Below are positions 17,980-28,668 of a stretch of 64,000 nt of DNA, in pieces (within the stretch, counting starts at the first letter, position 1; each line of letters starts with the position of its first letter). The DNA comes from an uncultured delta proteobacterium (GTDB taxonomy: Bacteria > Desulfobacterota > Binatia > UBA9968). Made by a program: the position numbers and the translations under genes. The notes below the pieces were generated by a model. The model saw only the letters and a program-made list of their open reading frames with translations, was not told the origin of the DNA and made no database searches. The stretch covers positions 128,001 to 192,000 of the forward strand of contig CAVUVW010000021.1 in the NCBI GenBank assembly GCA_963745035.1, written 5' to 3'.

Positions 17980-18132
17980 CTACTTTCGTGACTGCCTAAC
18001 TTTCGCGGCTTGCTTACCAAGCGCGGTGCGCGTCTTCTTCGGTAGTCGCTTCAGCGTTTGTTTGCGCTTTGCAGCTTTGGCGGCCTTCTTGATATTTCGT
18101 TGGGCTGCGCGCCTTTGTTTTTGACTGGCCAT
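17980..18132 (-). CDS. small basic Lys/Arg/Ala-rich protein (50 aa)
   Basis: MASQKQRRAAQRNIKKAA...RTALGKQAAK; RBS GGAGAAGGA. Confidence 0.7.
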   Translation of the reverse strand: MASQKQRRAAQRNIKKAAKAAKRKQTLKRLPKKTRTALGKQAAKVRQSRK

Positions 18133-18268
18133 TACTATTCCTTCTCCTTCCAGCTTCTGAAGCCACGCTCCTCCCCGTCCACCGTAGAGAACGGTCGCGC
18201 GAAGAGAAAAGCCAAACAATTTTACGAAGGAACGATGGCGGCTGACGACCGCCATCCTCCTGGCTATT

Positions 18269-18430
18269 TCACTGACAATTTGGATGCCCACACTGGCACT
18301 TGCCTGAAGCAGACGATCCAGCAGCATTGGCGCAATGATCACTGCAGTACGTGTTCGAACCTCTGGATACGCCTTTCCCTTGTTCGACTTTGCAGGTACA
18401 CCCACCATGTGAACAATTCTGGTCGGCCAT
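18269..18430 (-). CDS. bacterial metallothionein (SmtA/BmtA family)
   Basis: CSHGGCTCKV...YCSDHC...CQCGHPNC; RBS GGAGGTG. Confidence 0.88.
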   Translation of the reverse strand: MADQNCSHGGCTCKVEQGKGVSRGSNTYCSDHCANAAGSSASGKCQCGHPNCQ

Positions 18431-19114
18431 GCGAAACTCACCTCCCTTCGCTGCGATTGATTTCACCGCCGAGTTTGACTCGGCGGGATAGTCCGAAGTT
18501 ATCCGAGTAGCTATTCGCTGTTTTTCTTGCCTTCCGCCTCCGTTTTTTTAGGTCATCGTCCGACAGGATGCGAGTACCCGGGTCTGCCGCTTTTTCGTCT
18601 CAGTGCGCCGTGAATGCGACAGCGCGTTCATCTATTCAGGGCGCAAGCCATGTGCCACCGCCAGTGGGAGACTTTGACTCACAGGGAACACGCCGAATGC
18701 GACGGGCATCGGAGAAGGCCCCCGCATAAAGGCGACAGCTCATCGTCGGCGATGACGCAGCAATGGGACTCCGCGCACGCCATTCTTGGCTTAGCTCGTG
18801 CGTCTGTCAGCGCCTGCTCACCGCGGTACCGCAAGCCACGGAATAAATGACCCCGTTGGCGTCATCCGACACGAGTAGTGCGCCGGCGATTCACGCGCTG
18901 ATGTGCCATTTCTAGGAAAGACTCACGTGCGTTCAATAACATGGTTTCGAGCGCGCGATGGGATTCGGAGGCTGCGCTACGACACGACGAAGCTCTTTCA
19001 GCCAAGCGAGGGCGCAATTGTGATATAGGCGTTTTTCCGGAGGCCGCTGGAGGAGCACAACTGCGGTGCTATAATTTTTGTAGAACCATCCACGGAAAAG
19101 GAGGCAACGAGACT

Positions 19115-20269
19115 ATGAACAATCGATTCAAAATTCTTGGGGGCCTCGGTGTGGGCGCGTTGTTGATGTATATCCTCGATCCGCAAGGCGGGCGGCGTCG
19201 GCGCGCGCTGGCGCGCGATAAGCTCGATCGCATCGCTCACAAGGCGAGCGATGCGGCCGGCGTAACCGCGCGTGATCTGCAAAATCGCGTGCGCGGCTTG
19301 GCGGCCGAGGCCAAAGCTCTGATCGCCGAAAGGGAGATCAGCGACGAAGCCTTGGCGCAGCGTGTACGTTCCAAGCTCAGCGGCTGGATCAGCCATCCAC
19401 GCTCCATCGAGGTGACCGTCGACGGCGGAAAAGTAACGTTGAGCGGTCCGATACTCGCGAGCGAAGTTGATCGGCTCGTGAATCAGATTTCTTCCATGCG
19501 ACATGTAAGGGGAGTATTGAACCAGCTCGAGGTGCACGAGAGCGCGGAGTCGGTTCCAGGTCTTCAAGGCCAAGCGGCCCAGCGTCACAGCGGCCAAGTC
19601 CCCGACTTACTGCAAGCCGACTGGTCGCCCACAAGCCGCTTCATCGCCGGCACATTGGGCGGAAGCTTGGCTCTTTACGGCGCGCGCAAGCTCAGCGTTT
19701 TCGGCACGGCGGTAGCGAGTTTGGGCACGGCTGTCCTCACCCGCGCTTTGACCAACATGGAACTCAAACGTTTGATCGGCGTCGGCGCGGGCCGGCGCGC
19801 TATCGATTTTCAGAAGATCATAAATGTTGCGGCGCCGGTCGAGGAGGTTTTCTCATTTTGGAGCAACTATCAAAACTTTCCGCGATTCATGTCCAACGTG
19901 TGGGAAGTGCAGCAGACCGGCAAGGATACTTCCCACTGGCTGGTGGCCGGTCCAGCCGGAGTACCCGTCGGATGGAGCGCAGTCGTTACGAACTATGTGC
20001 CTAATCGCTCGATCGGTTGGAAAACAACGTCCGGCTCACCCATTGCGCATGCAGGGCTTGTGCGATTCGACAGCAATCCGGATGGGACGACGCGAATCGA
20101 TATCCGCCTTACTTACAATCCGGTTGCAGGAGGGCTGGGGCATTTGGTCGCTTCGCTCTTCGGCGCCGACCCAAAGAGCGAGATCGATGCCGATTTAGCG
20201 CGCATGAAGACGATGATCGAGGACCGCGTGACGCCGCACGATGCGGCGCAAAAACAAGCTGAGGCGTAA
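19115..20269 (+). CDS. BON + SRPBCC (START-like) domain protein
   Basis: MYILDPQGGRRRRA, BON segment, NFPRFMSNV...SHWLVAGPAG; RBS AAGGAGG. Confidence 0.88.
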   Translation: MNNRFKILGGLGVGALLMYILDPQGGRRRRALARDKLDRIAHKASDAAGVTARDLQNRVRGLAAEAKALIAEREISDEALAQRVRSKLSGWISHPRSIEVTVDGGKVTLSGPILASEVDRLVNQISSMRHVRGVLNQLEVHESAESVPGLQGQAAQRHSGQVPDLLQADWSPTSRFIAGTLGGSLALYGARKLSVFGTAVASLGTAVLTRALTNMELKRLIGVGAGRRAIDFQKIINVAAPVEEVFSFWSNYQNFPRFMSNVWEVQQTGKDTSHWLVAGPAGVPVGWSAVVTNYVPNRSIGWKTTSGSPIAHAGLVRFDSNPDGTTRIDIRLTYNPVAGGLGHLVASLFGADPKSEIDADLARMKTMIEDRVTPHDAAQKQAEA

Positions 20270-20298
20270 CGCAGGTCCGGCCGTACCTGCGCTCGCTG

Positions 20299-21577
20299 CT
20301 ATGAACATCCGGCAGTCCTGCCAAGCTTCGTCCACGGCTTGATCAGCAGCGAGGTGAGGGCTGTTGAAATGAGCAAGGCGACGGTGATGCCGGTGAAGAC
20401 GATCGCGTAGCTTTCGGTGCGGTCGTAGACGACGCCGGCGGCGTAGGGGCCGAGGATGGCGCCCCAGGTGTAGAAGAGATTCATGTTGCCGCGGATGGTG
20501 CCGAAGGATTTGCGGCCGAAGAAATCGCCGACGGACGCCCAGAAGACCGGGATCGAGGCATCGAGCACGGTGTAGAAGCAGGCAAAAAACCACAGCGCCC
20601 AGATCGAGTCGGTCCAGAGCATCGGGAGCACGGCGACGACGCCCAGAAGCAAGCAGATCGTTACGAGCTTCGGTTTGTTGACGAAGTCGGCGATCCAGCC
20701 GAGCAGGAAGTGGATGGGCAGATTGAAGATCGCGAAAGCCGCCAGCAGCACGGATGCTTCGGTCTGGCTCAAGCCTTTCCAGACCATCATCGGAATGAAG
20801 TGAGTGGTCACAGTGGTGAACGCGACCGAGCGGCAGGTCATCGAGCAAGATGAGATTCCAGAAGATCGGCGAGCGAAAGGCTTCGCGCGCGCTGGTTTCG
20901 GTTTCTTGTTTGGTCGATCCCTGTGTCGTTCGAGCCCGCCGTTTGAAGAGGCTCGCCGTCGGGTTGCATGCCGACGCTTTCCGGCGACCGCTTTACGCCC
21001 AGGCAAAGCGGCAATCCCAACACGAGAAACAATACGCCGGCGAGAAACGCCGCCCAGCGCCAGCCGAAATATTGCACGGCGATGGCGAGCAGCGGCGTGA
21101 TCAGCGCGCCGCCGACCGGCACCGCGGCGCTTACGACGGTCATGGCGCGGGCGCGCAGACGAATGAACCAACTGTTGGCGACCACTGTCGGCGCGTGCAC
21201 GAAGCCGGCGGTGAAGGCGAGCGAGATCACGCCGAGATAGACGATCAGAAAAGTCGTGTAGCTGTTCACGAAAGAAAAGAGAATGTAGCCGATGCCGGCG
21301 AGGAGCGCGGCGGTGAACATCATCGGCCTGGGGCCGTAGCGGTCGATCAAGTAGCCGACGACGGGCGATGCGAGCGATCCTTCGGCGCGCGCCAGAGAAA
21401 AAGCCAGCGACGTTGATGCGCGGGTGAGGCCGAGGTCCTGGGTGACGGGCAGAAAGAAGACCGTGAAGCCGTATTGATGGAGCCCGCCGCCGAGATGCGC
21501 AGCGCGGACACGAGGCCGATCATGCGCCAGCCGTAGTAGAGACCGGCGATGTGTTTGCGAAGCTTTTCTAGGCTCAC
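20299..21577 (-). CDS. MFS transporter (several frameshifts)
   Basis: YYGWRMIG, GYLIDRYGPR, GDFFGRKSFGTIRG split over three frames. Confidence 0.8.
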
Positions 21578-21848
21578 GTGATGTCGGAAGGATTTGCGTC
21601 GGCAGGTAAGCCGGATTAGAGATTAGACTCTCGCCAAGGCGCAAAGACGCTAAGCGACACGCCCGGCGTGATCGTTACCGAACAGAGGCGAGGGGTACCG
21701 AGAAAGAGTTTCATCTCTTCGTTCGAAATGACAAACGGGTGTCCTTTGCGTCTCTGCGGTGAGATATTCCGAAATTAGTTGCGGCTCTGCATGCGATCAG
21801 CTTTGCGAGTTCGGAAATTTTTCTCGCCAAGATTGAAAAACCCGGCTG

Positions 21849-21974
21849 CAGGCTGCTCAAAAAGATCTCAGAGGCGAGGCGCGCGAAAATCGGCGAGCGG
21901 AGGCGTACATCGGCAGTACGTTGACGCGAGACGATTGAGCGCAACGACGCATATGAGTCTTTTTCAGCAGCCTG
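21849..21974. mobile_element. MITE with IS5-like ends
   Basis: CAGGCTGCTCAAAAAGA ... TCTTTTTCAGCAGCCTG; ends match the TIRs of the IS at 3040-4374; 126 bp, no transposase. Confidence 0.8.
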
Positions 21975-21979
21975 CGCGG

Positions 21980-22372
21980 TCACTTGGCGCCGACCCAGCC
22001 GGCGTTGGAGACGTCGATGACCTGATCTTCGGGGCCGATGCACTTCACTTCGAAGTACGATTGCGGCTTCGACGGATCTGCGGGCGTGACTTCGTGGCGA
22101 TCGTTGAGCGATTTGCCGCCCAGGTTCTTGATGCGCGCCACCGCCGCGTCGACGTCGTCGACCTGGAAGCCGATGTGATCGACACCGAGCTTCATGGTCT
22201 CGCCCTCAACCACACCTCGGAAACTCAGGATCGCGATATTGAGGTGACCGTCGGTGAGATAAATGCCGCTCTGGCCGACGCCGACCTGTTCCAGGCCGAA
22301 GGCTTCCTTGTAGAACGCGGCGGTTTTCTCCACGTCATGGGTGCGGATGGCGATGTGCTTGATCTGAGCCAT
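21980..22372 (-). CDS. VOC / glyoxalase family protein
   Basis: IKHIAIRT.DVEKTAAFY, DHIGFQVDD. Confidence 0.9.
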   Translation of the reverse strand: MAQIKHIAIRTHDVEKTAAFYKEAFGLEQVGVGQSGIYLTDGHLNIAILSFRGVVEGETMKLGVDHIGFQVDDVDAAVARIKNLGGKSLNDRHEVTPADPSKPQSYFEVKCIGPEDQVIDVSNAGWVGAK

Positions 22373-22402
22373 GACTGTTCTCCTTTCTTCGAATCGGAAT
22401 TA

Positions 22403-22487
22403 CTCCCGCCAAGGCGCAAAGGCGCCAAGCTTTAAAAAGGGTTTAACTTCTAAACTCCGAACTTTGCGTCTTTGCGCCTTTGCGAGA
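22403..22487. repeat. REP-like inverted doublet
   Basis: CGCCAAGGCGCAAAGGCGCCAAG ... CTTTGCGTCTTTGCGCCTTTGCG. Confidence 0.75.
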
Positions 22488-22500
22488 GATACTCCTAGAT

Positions 22501-23571
22501 TTACTTCTGACCCAAGACTTCTTTCAGGAAGCGCCAGTCCATGATCTTGTCCTCGCTGATCTCTTCAGTGATTTTCATCTGCTCTCTAGCGAGACGAATT
22601 TCGGAATCCATGGTGGCCTTGGCGACGAGGCCGTCTACGTTCAGCGAGCGCATGGAAAAATCGTGGATCTTGAGCGCGCCTTCCGGGCTGACATGAAGAT
22701 AGTCGCGCATGATCGCCAGGGTCTCGGGCTTGTTGTCTCTGATGAAGCGCACGCCTTTCAGGCTGGCGCGGATGACGCGCACGATCTGGCTCGGGTTTTT
22801 GCGGATCTTGTCCATCGATACGCCGAAACCGCCGAGTCGGGTATGGACGACGTCGCCGAAATAGAGTAGGGGAACCAGCCCGAGCTTCTCCGCTTTTTCG
22901 ACGTAGGCGACGTCGAGCGGGGTGGCATCGACGGTTCCCGCCACGAGAGCGGCGAGGCGATCGCTCGAGCCGCCGACGGCGAGGGTGATGACGTCGCGGT
23001 CGGGATTCATGCCGGCCTGGCTCAATGCTTCGCGCAGGATGATGTGCGGCGCCGAGCCCAAACCGCTCACCCCCATTCTCCGACCCTTGAAATCGGTCAA
23101 CCGTTTAAAGCCCGGCCGCGCGATAAGAATGTGCAGCGGCCGGTCGAACCAGCCCATCACGCCTTTCACCGGCAAGCCCTGGATCGAGGCGCGCGCGATG
23201 TTGCCGCTGACGGTCGAGTAGTCGAGCTCGCCGGCCATGAGCGCCGCGACCTGGAGAGTCGTCCTGATCACGACTTTGCGAACGTCGAGGCCTTCCTCTT
23301 TGTAGAATCCTTTGCGCTGGGCGATCTCGGTAGGAATTTCGTAGAGGCCAGGGGTCGAGATGCCGATGTGGACGACTTCGCCGCGCGCCGGTGTGAAGGA
23401 TCCGAGCAGCGCAATGGCGAGAGTAGCGCATACGAAAATTTCACCGCGGAGGCGCAGAGCACGCAGAGGCAAGAATATTGCTTGTTTCCATTGCCGTCTC
23501 TCCGAACTCCGTGATCTCGGCGTCTCTGCGGTGCGCACTCTTCTCCGATCAGCCGCGATGAAGGCATCCAT
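22501..23571 (-). CDS. NitT/TauT substrate-binding protein (start uncertain; REP doublet at 5' end)
   Basis: AQRKGFYKEEGLDV, FKGRRMGVSGLGS. Confidence 0.85.
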   Translation of the reverse strand: MDAFIAADRRRVRTAETPRSRSSERRQWKQAIFLPLRALRLRGEIFVCATLAIALLGSFTPARGEVVHIGISTPGLYEIPTEIAQRKGFYKEEGLDVRKVVIRTTLQVAALMAGELDYSTVSGNIARASIQGLPVKGVMGWFDRPLHILIARPGFKRLTDFKGRRMGVSGLGSAPHIILREALSQAGMNPDRDVITLAVGGSSDRLAALVAGTVDATPLDVAYVEKAEKLGLVPLLYFGDVVHTRLGGFGVSMDKIRKNPSQIVRVIRASLKGVRFIRDNKPETLAIMRDYLHVSPEGALKIHDFSMRSLNVDGLVAKATMDSEIRLAREQMKITEEISEDKIMDWRFLKEVLGQK

Positions 23572-23582
23572 GAGAGTCTCCG

Positions 23583-24820
23583 TCAGGCCGGTTCTTCGAC
23601 CAGCGCCGGCGCGGCTTTGTTTTCCTCGCGGATCGCGAGAACGATCAAGTTCGCGATCAGCACCGTGCCGGCGAGGAAATAAAAGGCGGTGAGAATGCCC
23701 CAGCGGTCGGCGATGAATCCGCAGATGACCGGCGACAGCGAGCTCAAGAGCGACTGCGCGCCGGAGAAAAAACTCACCGTGCTGCCGCCCAGCTCTCTCG
23801 GGCTGAGATCGAGCACCCAGGCCCAGATCACCGGCCGGACGGCGTAGAGGAAAAAGCCGAGAAACGCGAGTCCGGTGATGAAAAACCAATTCAACTGAAA
23901 ATAGGCGAGCACGAACAGACCACGCTGGTGGAGAAAAGACCGGCGGTCAATACGCGCTTTCTGCCGCTGCGGTCGGAGATGCCGCCGGCGATCGGCGTGC
24001 CGATCATGCCCGCGGTCTGGGTCACCGAGAGATAGAGTCCGGCGATGGCGCTCGACAGGCCAAGCTCGTTGGTCAGATAGATCGGCAGAAAGACGTGCAG
24101 ACCCTGCTGGGTCATCGAGCGCATACCCGCCACCAGCACGAGCAGCAGAATGTTCGGGTTTTGCGCCAGTTGCTTCATGCCGGCCAAATACTCGCGGGGC
24201 GAAAGCCCCTTCTTTCTCTCGGCGGGGGAATCGAGCTTACCGAAAAGGTATTTCCAGAGAACCAAGGCGATGACGATGCCCGGAATCAGATTCAGGAACA
24301 GCACGGTGCGCCACGATAAAGACAGGAGCAGGATGCCGACCAGCAGCGGCGCGATGCTTTCGCCGATGTTGGGCCCCATGGCGTGGATAGCGATGGCGAA
24401 GCCGCGCTTGTCGGGATATTTTTCCGAGAGCGTCGATATCGCCGCGGGATGCCACAAATAGTTGCCGATGCCGACAAAGGCCATGAACAGCGCCACCCAG
24501 AAAAAGTTCTGGCTGATGCCGACGAGAAAGTAGGGAACACCCGTCGCGATCAAAGCCAAGGCCATGAGCAGCGCCTTGCGGCCGACGAGGTCGACCAGCA
24601 TGCCTGCCGGGATGTTGACGATCAGATTTGCCGCGGCGCGGACCGTTACCAGGAAACCGGCCTGGGCGTAGGTGAGCCCCATCTCTTTGACCAGAAAGGG
24701 CAGGAGCAGATAGAACGTCGCCGGACACCAGTGGGTAAAGGTGTGGCCCAGGGTGATGAGCCACATGAGCGAGTCGGTTTGGCGCAGTTGGCGAATTTGG
24801 CCGGTGAGTTTTTCAAGCAT
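23583..24820 (-). CDS. MFS transporter (frameshift ~23910)
   Basis: GMLVDLVGRK, WHPAAIS, GISDRSGRK; C-terminus in ORF 23583..23912. Confidence 0.85.
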
Positions 24821-24975
24821 GGACGTTGAGGCTCCTTGGCGGTCGCTGCACAAACTTCCTTCTCATAGAACGGCGCTCGAGCATTTACAAACGCGCGCCC
24901 GCCGTTGGGTAGCGGCCCGCATGAGTCCGAGGGTGTTCGGTTCGGCCTGTCGATCGTGCGGCAGGTGGTGTGCGG

Positions 24976-26025
24976 CTATTTTTTCTTTTTTCCCGGCACG
25001 TCGCCGCCCCAGAGCTCTTTTAGAAAGCCGCTCTTTTCGAGGTGCTCGGCGAAGCTGTTGTCATAGGTCTCGGCAGGCTTGCGGCGCACGTTGGCGCCGG
25101 CTTGACGCGCGCTTTCGATCGCCTCGGCCACGCGGGACGCTGGGATCGAGAGGCGGCGATTGACCAGTTGGCGCGCGTAGGCATCGTAGGCCGACTGCGC
25201 CGATTCCTGATCTTTCAAGGCGAGCACTCGAGCCACCGATGCTTTGGCTTTCTCGGGATTTTTCTCGACGAAATGAACCGCTTCGGCCATGGCGGCGACA
25301 AACTTCTGGGCGATCGCGGGGCGCTCTTTCAGCACCCTGTCGTTGGTGAAGACGCTGCTGTAGATGGCCGGCAGATTGAGATCGTCGAGTTGGTAGATCA
25401 CGTTGAAGCCGTCGCGCCGGGCGCGGGCGTCGAGCGGCGGCGTGACCATGGTTGCATGGCCCAGTCCGTGCTGGAGAGCATTATAGACTTCCGTTTGTCC
25501 GGCCCCGCCGATGTGCCGGATCGCCAAGTCATCCAAGGTGAAATGAAGCTTTTTCATCAACGTGCGAATCAGCGTGTCGGGCGTGCCGCCGGGCCGGGTC
25601 GCGATAAAAATCTTTCCTTTGAGATCTTCCACACGGCTCAGCTCTTTGCGCGCGATGATCACCCACGGGAGACCGACCAGCGGCGAGGCGATCATCTTGT
25701 TCTCCGCGCCGGCTGCGAGGCTCGGAATGATCGCGTCGGCGGTGCAGTAAAGAAACTGAAGCTCGTTGGACGTGAGCGCCGCCGCCGATACGCCGGCGCC
25801 GCGCACGAGCAGAAACTCGGGCCGGATGCCGTATTTGTCGAACAGGCGATGATCGAGCGCGGTGTAGAGATGAATAAAGCCGCCGCTGATGGCGCAGGCG
25901 GCGACACGGATCGGCACGACCGGGTCGCCGGATTTGGCCAGATAGGGGTTGGCGCGAGCGGTGGCGGGAGGCAATCCCAAAACGACGATGATGAACCAAC
26001 CGATCATTTGGCGCGTCGAAATCAT
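24976..26025 (-). CDS. NitT/TauT substrate-binding protein
   Basis: Signal peptide, FDKYGI, DLKGK; paralogue of 40046..41098. Confidence 0.88.
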   Translation of the reverse strand: MISTRQMIGWFIIVVLGLPPATARANPYLAKSGDPVVPIRVAACAISGGFIHLYTALDHRLFDKYGIRPEFLLVRGAGVSAAALTSNELQFLYCTADAIIPSLAAGAENKMIASPLVGLPWVIIARKELSRVEDLKGKIFIATRPGGTPDTLIRTLMKKLHFTLDDLAIRHIGGAGQTEVYNALQHGLGHATMVTPPLDARARRDGFNVIYQLDDLNLPAIYSSVFTNDRVLKERPAIAQKFVAAMAEAVHFVEKNPEKAKASVARVLALKDQESAQSAYDAYARQLVNRRLSIPASRVAEAIESARQAGANVRRKPAETYDNSFAEHLEKSGFLKELWGGDVPGKKKK

Positions 26026-26133
26026 AAAATCCTATCCGTCTTTGGAGAATACCACTGAAACGAAACTAGCCGGGAGCCGCTTTGGCGCGGCCGCTGATCT
26101 CTTGCCGCCGTGCCCGATGGAGCGCTGGCCGGT

Positions 26134-27117
26134 CTACTTGCCGAGCGTCGCCAATGCTTTTTTATAGAAACGGTCGTCGATGTATTTTTCCGGCTTGGGA
26201 ACCGGCGGCTTCATCAGCCCGGCGATTTCGCGGAGCTCGAGGACGGTGCGGATCCCCTCGGTGTCGATGCGGCTGCGCGGCGTGAGCCCCAAGGTCGGGC
26301 TCAGCGCTTGGCGGTACATCGCTTCGGCGCGCGCCTTGTTGTTCTTGGTCTCGCCGAGCAGGAGCTGGATCGCCTCTTCCTTGTTTTTTCCATCCTGCAG
26401 CCAATCGGTGGCGCGAATCATCGCGCGGCTGAAGCGCACGACCAACTCCTCGTTGGCGTTGGCCCAGTCCCGACGCGTCGCGCCGAGACCGCGCGCGTAG
26501 TGCTTCACGTAGTCCTGGGCCTGGGCGAGGACTTTGAAGCCGCGCTTTTGGATCTCGTCGTCCGGCAGGCTCATCATCGCGCCCGCCGCTTCGCCGCGGC
26601 TCATGGCGTTGGCGCGCGCGGTGGTGTTGCCGAAGGCCTTGAAGGTATAGTCGCGGTTCCACTCCAGTCCGTGCTTTTTCATGATGTAAACGCCGACGAT
26701 CGCATAGCCGGTGGTCGGCGCGTCGACGGCAAAAATTTTGCCTTTGAGATCGGCGTAGTCGTTGATGCCCGATGCGACCACGAGCTTTTGATCGACACCC
26801 TGGCTGCCGCCGAGAAAGATGATGAAGTCGTTTTTCTGCGGATCTTCGCCTTGGCCTTCGGCCCAGGCGATCACGTTATCGGCGTTATTCAGGATCAGAT
26901 CGTAGCGGCCGCTGATGAGATTGCGCAGCAAGGTCGGCGAGTCGGTCACGGTGTTGATCTCGAGCCGCAGGTTTTCTTGTTCGAGGAAGCCTTTCGCTTC
27001 GGCGACGATGATCGCCGCATCGCGATTGAAAAGACCGATCCGGATCGTGTCTTGAGCCATGACTTGAACGGGCAGCAAAGCCAGCGCTAGCGCCCATACC
27101 CCCTTTGTTGTTTTCAT
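26134..27117 (-). CDS. NitT/TauT substrate-binding protein
   Basis: AEAKGFLEQENL, DLKGKIFAVDAPTTGYA; RBS GGAGG. Confidence 0.88.
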   Translation of the reverse strand: MKTTKGVWALALALLPVQVMAQDTIRIGLFNRDAAIIVAEAKGFLEQENLRLEINTVTDSPTLLRNLISGRYDLILNNADNVIAWAEGQGEDPQKNDFIIFLGGSQGVDQKLVVASGINDYADLKGKIFAVDAPTTGYAIVGVYIMKKHGLEWNRDYTFKAFGNTTARANAMSRGEAAGAMMSLPDDEIQKRGFKVLAQAQDYVKHYARGLGATRRDWANANEELVVRFSRAMIRATDWLQDGKNKEEAIQLLLGETKNNKARAEAMYRQALSPTLGLTPRSRIDTEGIRTVLELREIAGLMKPPVPKPEKYIDDRFYKKALATLGK

Positions 27118-27230
27118 CGCGCACCTCCGCGCTATCGTGTGGAACATGTCACAGGTGTGAAGGGGGGCGCAAGTGCGAGGAGAGAAAATCACCAGCGGCG
27201 CGCTCCGAGAGCAAATGCAAACCGAGGCGA

Positions 27231-27560
27231 TCAATTCGGTTGCGCCGACTCGTCGCTGCGGGCGGCGCGCTCGGGCGCTTTTTCCGGCGCTGGCGGCACC
27301 GGATCGACGGTCGCCAGCAGCGCCTTGCGCAGCGTGACCGCGGATTTTTGGAGCTCGCCCTTGATGTCTTCGGCGGTGCGGAACGCCGCGTCTAAAATCT
27401 CCTGATCGTGCTGCTCCTTGATATCTGTGAGAATGCGCGTGCGCGCCGCACCGGCGCGCTCCTGCTTGTTGGCGCGCAGGCAGGACACAATGATGGAAAC
27501 GAGAATCCCGCCGGTGACGCCGGCGGAAAAGATCAGCAGGTCGGAAATCCAATCGCCCAT
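27231..27560 (-). CDS. small single-TM protein with helical C-terminus
   Basis: MGDWISDLLIFSAGVTGGILVSIIVSCL then charged helix. Confidence 0.6.
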   Translation of the reverse strand: MGDWISDLLIFSAGVTGGILVSIIVSCLRANKQERAGAARTRILTDIKEQHDQEILDAAFRTAEDIKGELQKSAVTLRKALLATVDPVPPAPEKAPERAARSDESAQPN

Positions 27561-27633
27561 GTTCGATTCCGGTGCGCTGCGCTGCGGATCGAGATCGATT
27601 GTATTACCGCGCCGGGGGAGCGCTCTTCGATCA

Positions 27634-28665
27634 TCAAAGCGACAGCTTGTCCCAATCCGAAGTCGTGGCGTCGCGGGCGATGGAGAGGCTGCCGTCCGAG
27701 CCGGCAAACGCCGGATCGGAAACCACCGTTGCGCGCCCGCCGCCCAAATCGGCCAGCGCTTTGGTGATCGCCTCCGGCAATCCGGCTATGAGCGACGTGC
27801 CGCCGGCGAGGATCACATTGTTGCGCACCTTGTCCTGATACTCGGGGTCGACTTTCGCCAACAAGTTCGTCATGGTCTCGCACACCGGCGGCAAAATGCT
27901 TTCGCAGGCGGTGCGCATCTCCTCGGTGATGTCGATTTCCGTCGCCCTTCCCTTGACCGGCACCGTGACCCGCACGCGGTCTTTGGGCTCGCCGACGAAG
28001 CTCTGCTTTTCCTTCCATTCCCGCAGCATGTGTATGGAAAATTGTGCGTCGGGGTGGCGCTCCCGAACCAGTTTCATCAACTGCTCGTCGATCGAGTCGC
28101 CGGCGTTGGGCAGCGTCTTCTGGTCTTCCTCGGTCGGGTAGCGGCCCTGCATGACGCAAAAATCCGCGGTGCCGGCGCCGATGTCGATGACGAGAGCGTG
28201 CAACAGCGCTTCGACACCGTAGGCGACCGCAAAAGGCTCCGAGACCATCATCACGCTGTCGGCGATTCCGTCGATGGTGCTGCGTAAGTTTTGCCGGCTC
28301 ACGCGAAAAGCCTCCGCGGGCACGCCGACGACGGCGCGGACCTTGGCTTTGGCTTTTCCCTTCTGCTTGATGCCGGCGAGCGAGATCAAATGGCGGACGA
28401 GCTCCTGCACCGCCTCATGATCCTTCTCCGATCCTTCTTTCATGATTCCGCGTTCGAGCGGCCGGCGCAAATCCAACATCGGGCGGTTATCCAGCGCGTC
28501 GCGGCCGACGAGCACGGGCTTTTTGACCAGCTTGCGCGCAACCATATCGACCGGCCATCCGACATAGCTATCGATGATGTGGCGTTCGCCGTTGGAAGCC
28601 GAAATCGAGCTGCGCGAGGTGCCGAGGTCGATTCCCACGCAAAGTGTTTCGTTGGTTTCTTCCAT
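27634..28665 (-). CDS. MamK-like actin family ATPase
   Basis: GIDLGTS, VGVPA, VSEPFAVAYG, IDIGAGTADFC, PTEEDQKTL..AGD, PEYQ.KV..NVILAGG resemble MamK more than MreB. Confidence 0.88.
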   Translation of the reverse strand: MEETNETLCVGIDLGTSRSSISASNGERHIIDSYVGWPVDMVARKLVKKPVLVGRDALDNRPMLDLRRPLERGIMKEGSEKDHEAVQELVRHLISLAGIKQKGKAKAKVRAVVGVPAEAFRVSRQNLRSTIDGIADSVMMVSEPFAVAYGVEALLHALVIDIGAGTADFCVMQGRYPTEEDQKTLPNAGDSIDEQLMKLVRERHPDAQFSIHMLREWKEKQSFVGEPKDRVRVTVPVKGRATEIDITEEMRTACESILPPVCETMTNLLAKVDPEYQDKVRNNVILAGGTSLIAGLPEAITKALADLGGGRATVVSDPAFAGSDGSLSIARDATTSDWDKLSL

Positions 28666-28668
28666 GAA

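Noticed and set aside
18614-18850. 78-aa ORF in the metallothionein-BON gap
   Set aside because: No RBS, motif or convincing codon bias
27634-28665. Evidence for magnetotaxis, or an mreB call
   Set aside because: No other magnetosome genes in 64 kb; motifs and context (no mreCD) do not fit MreB
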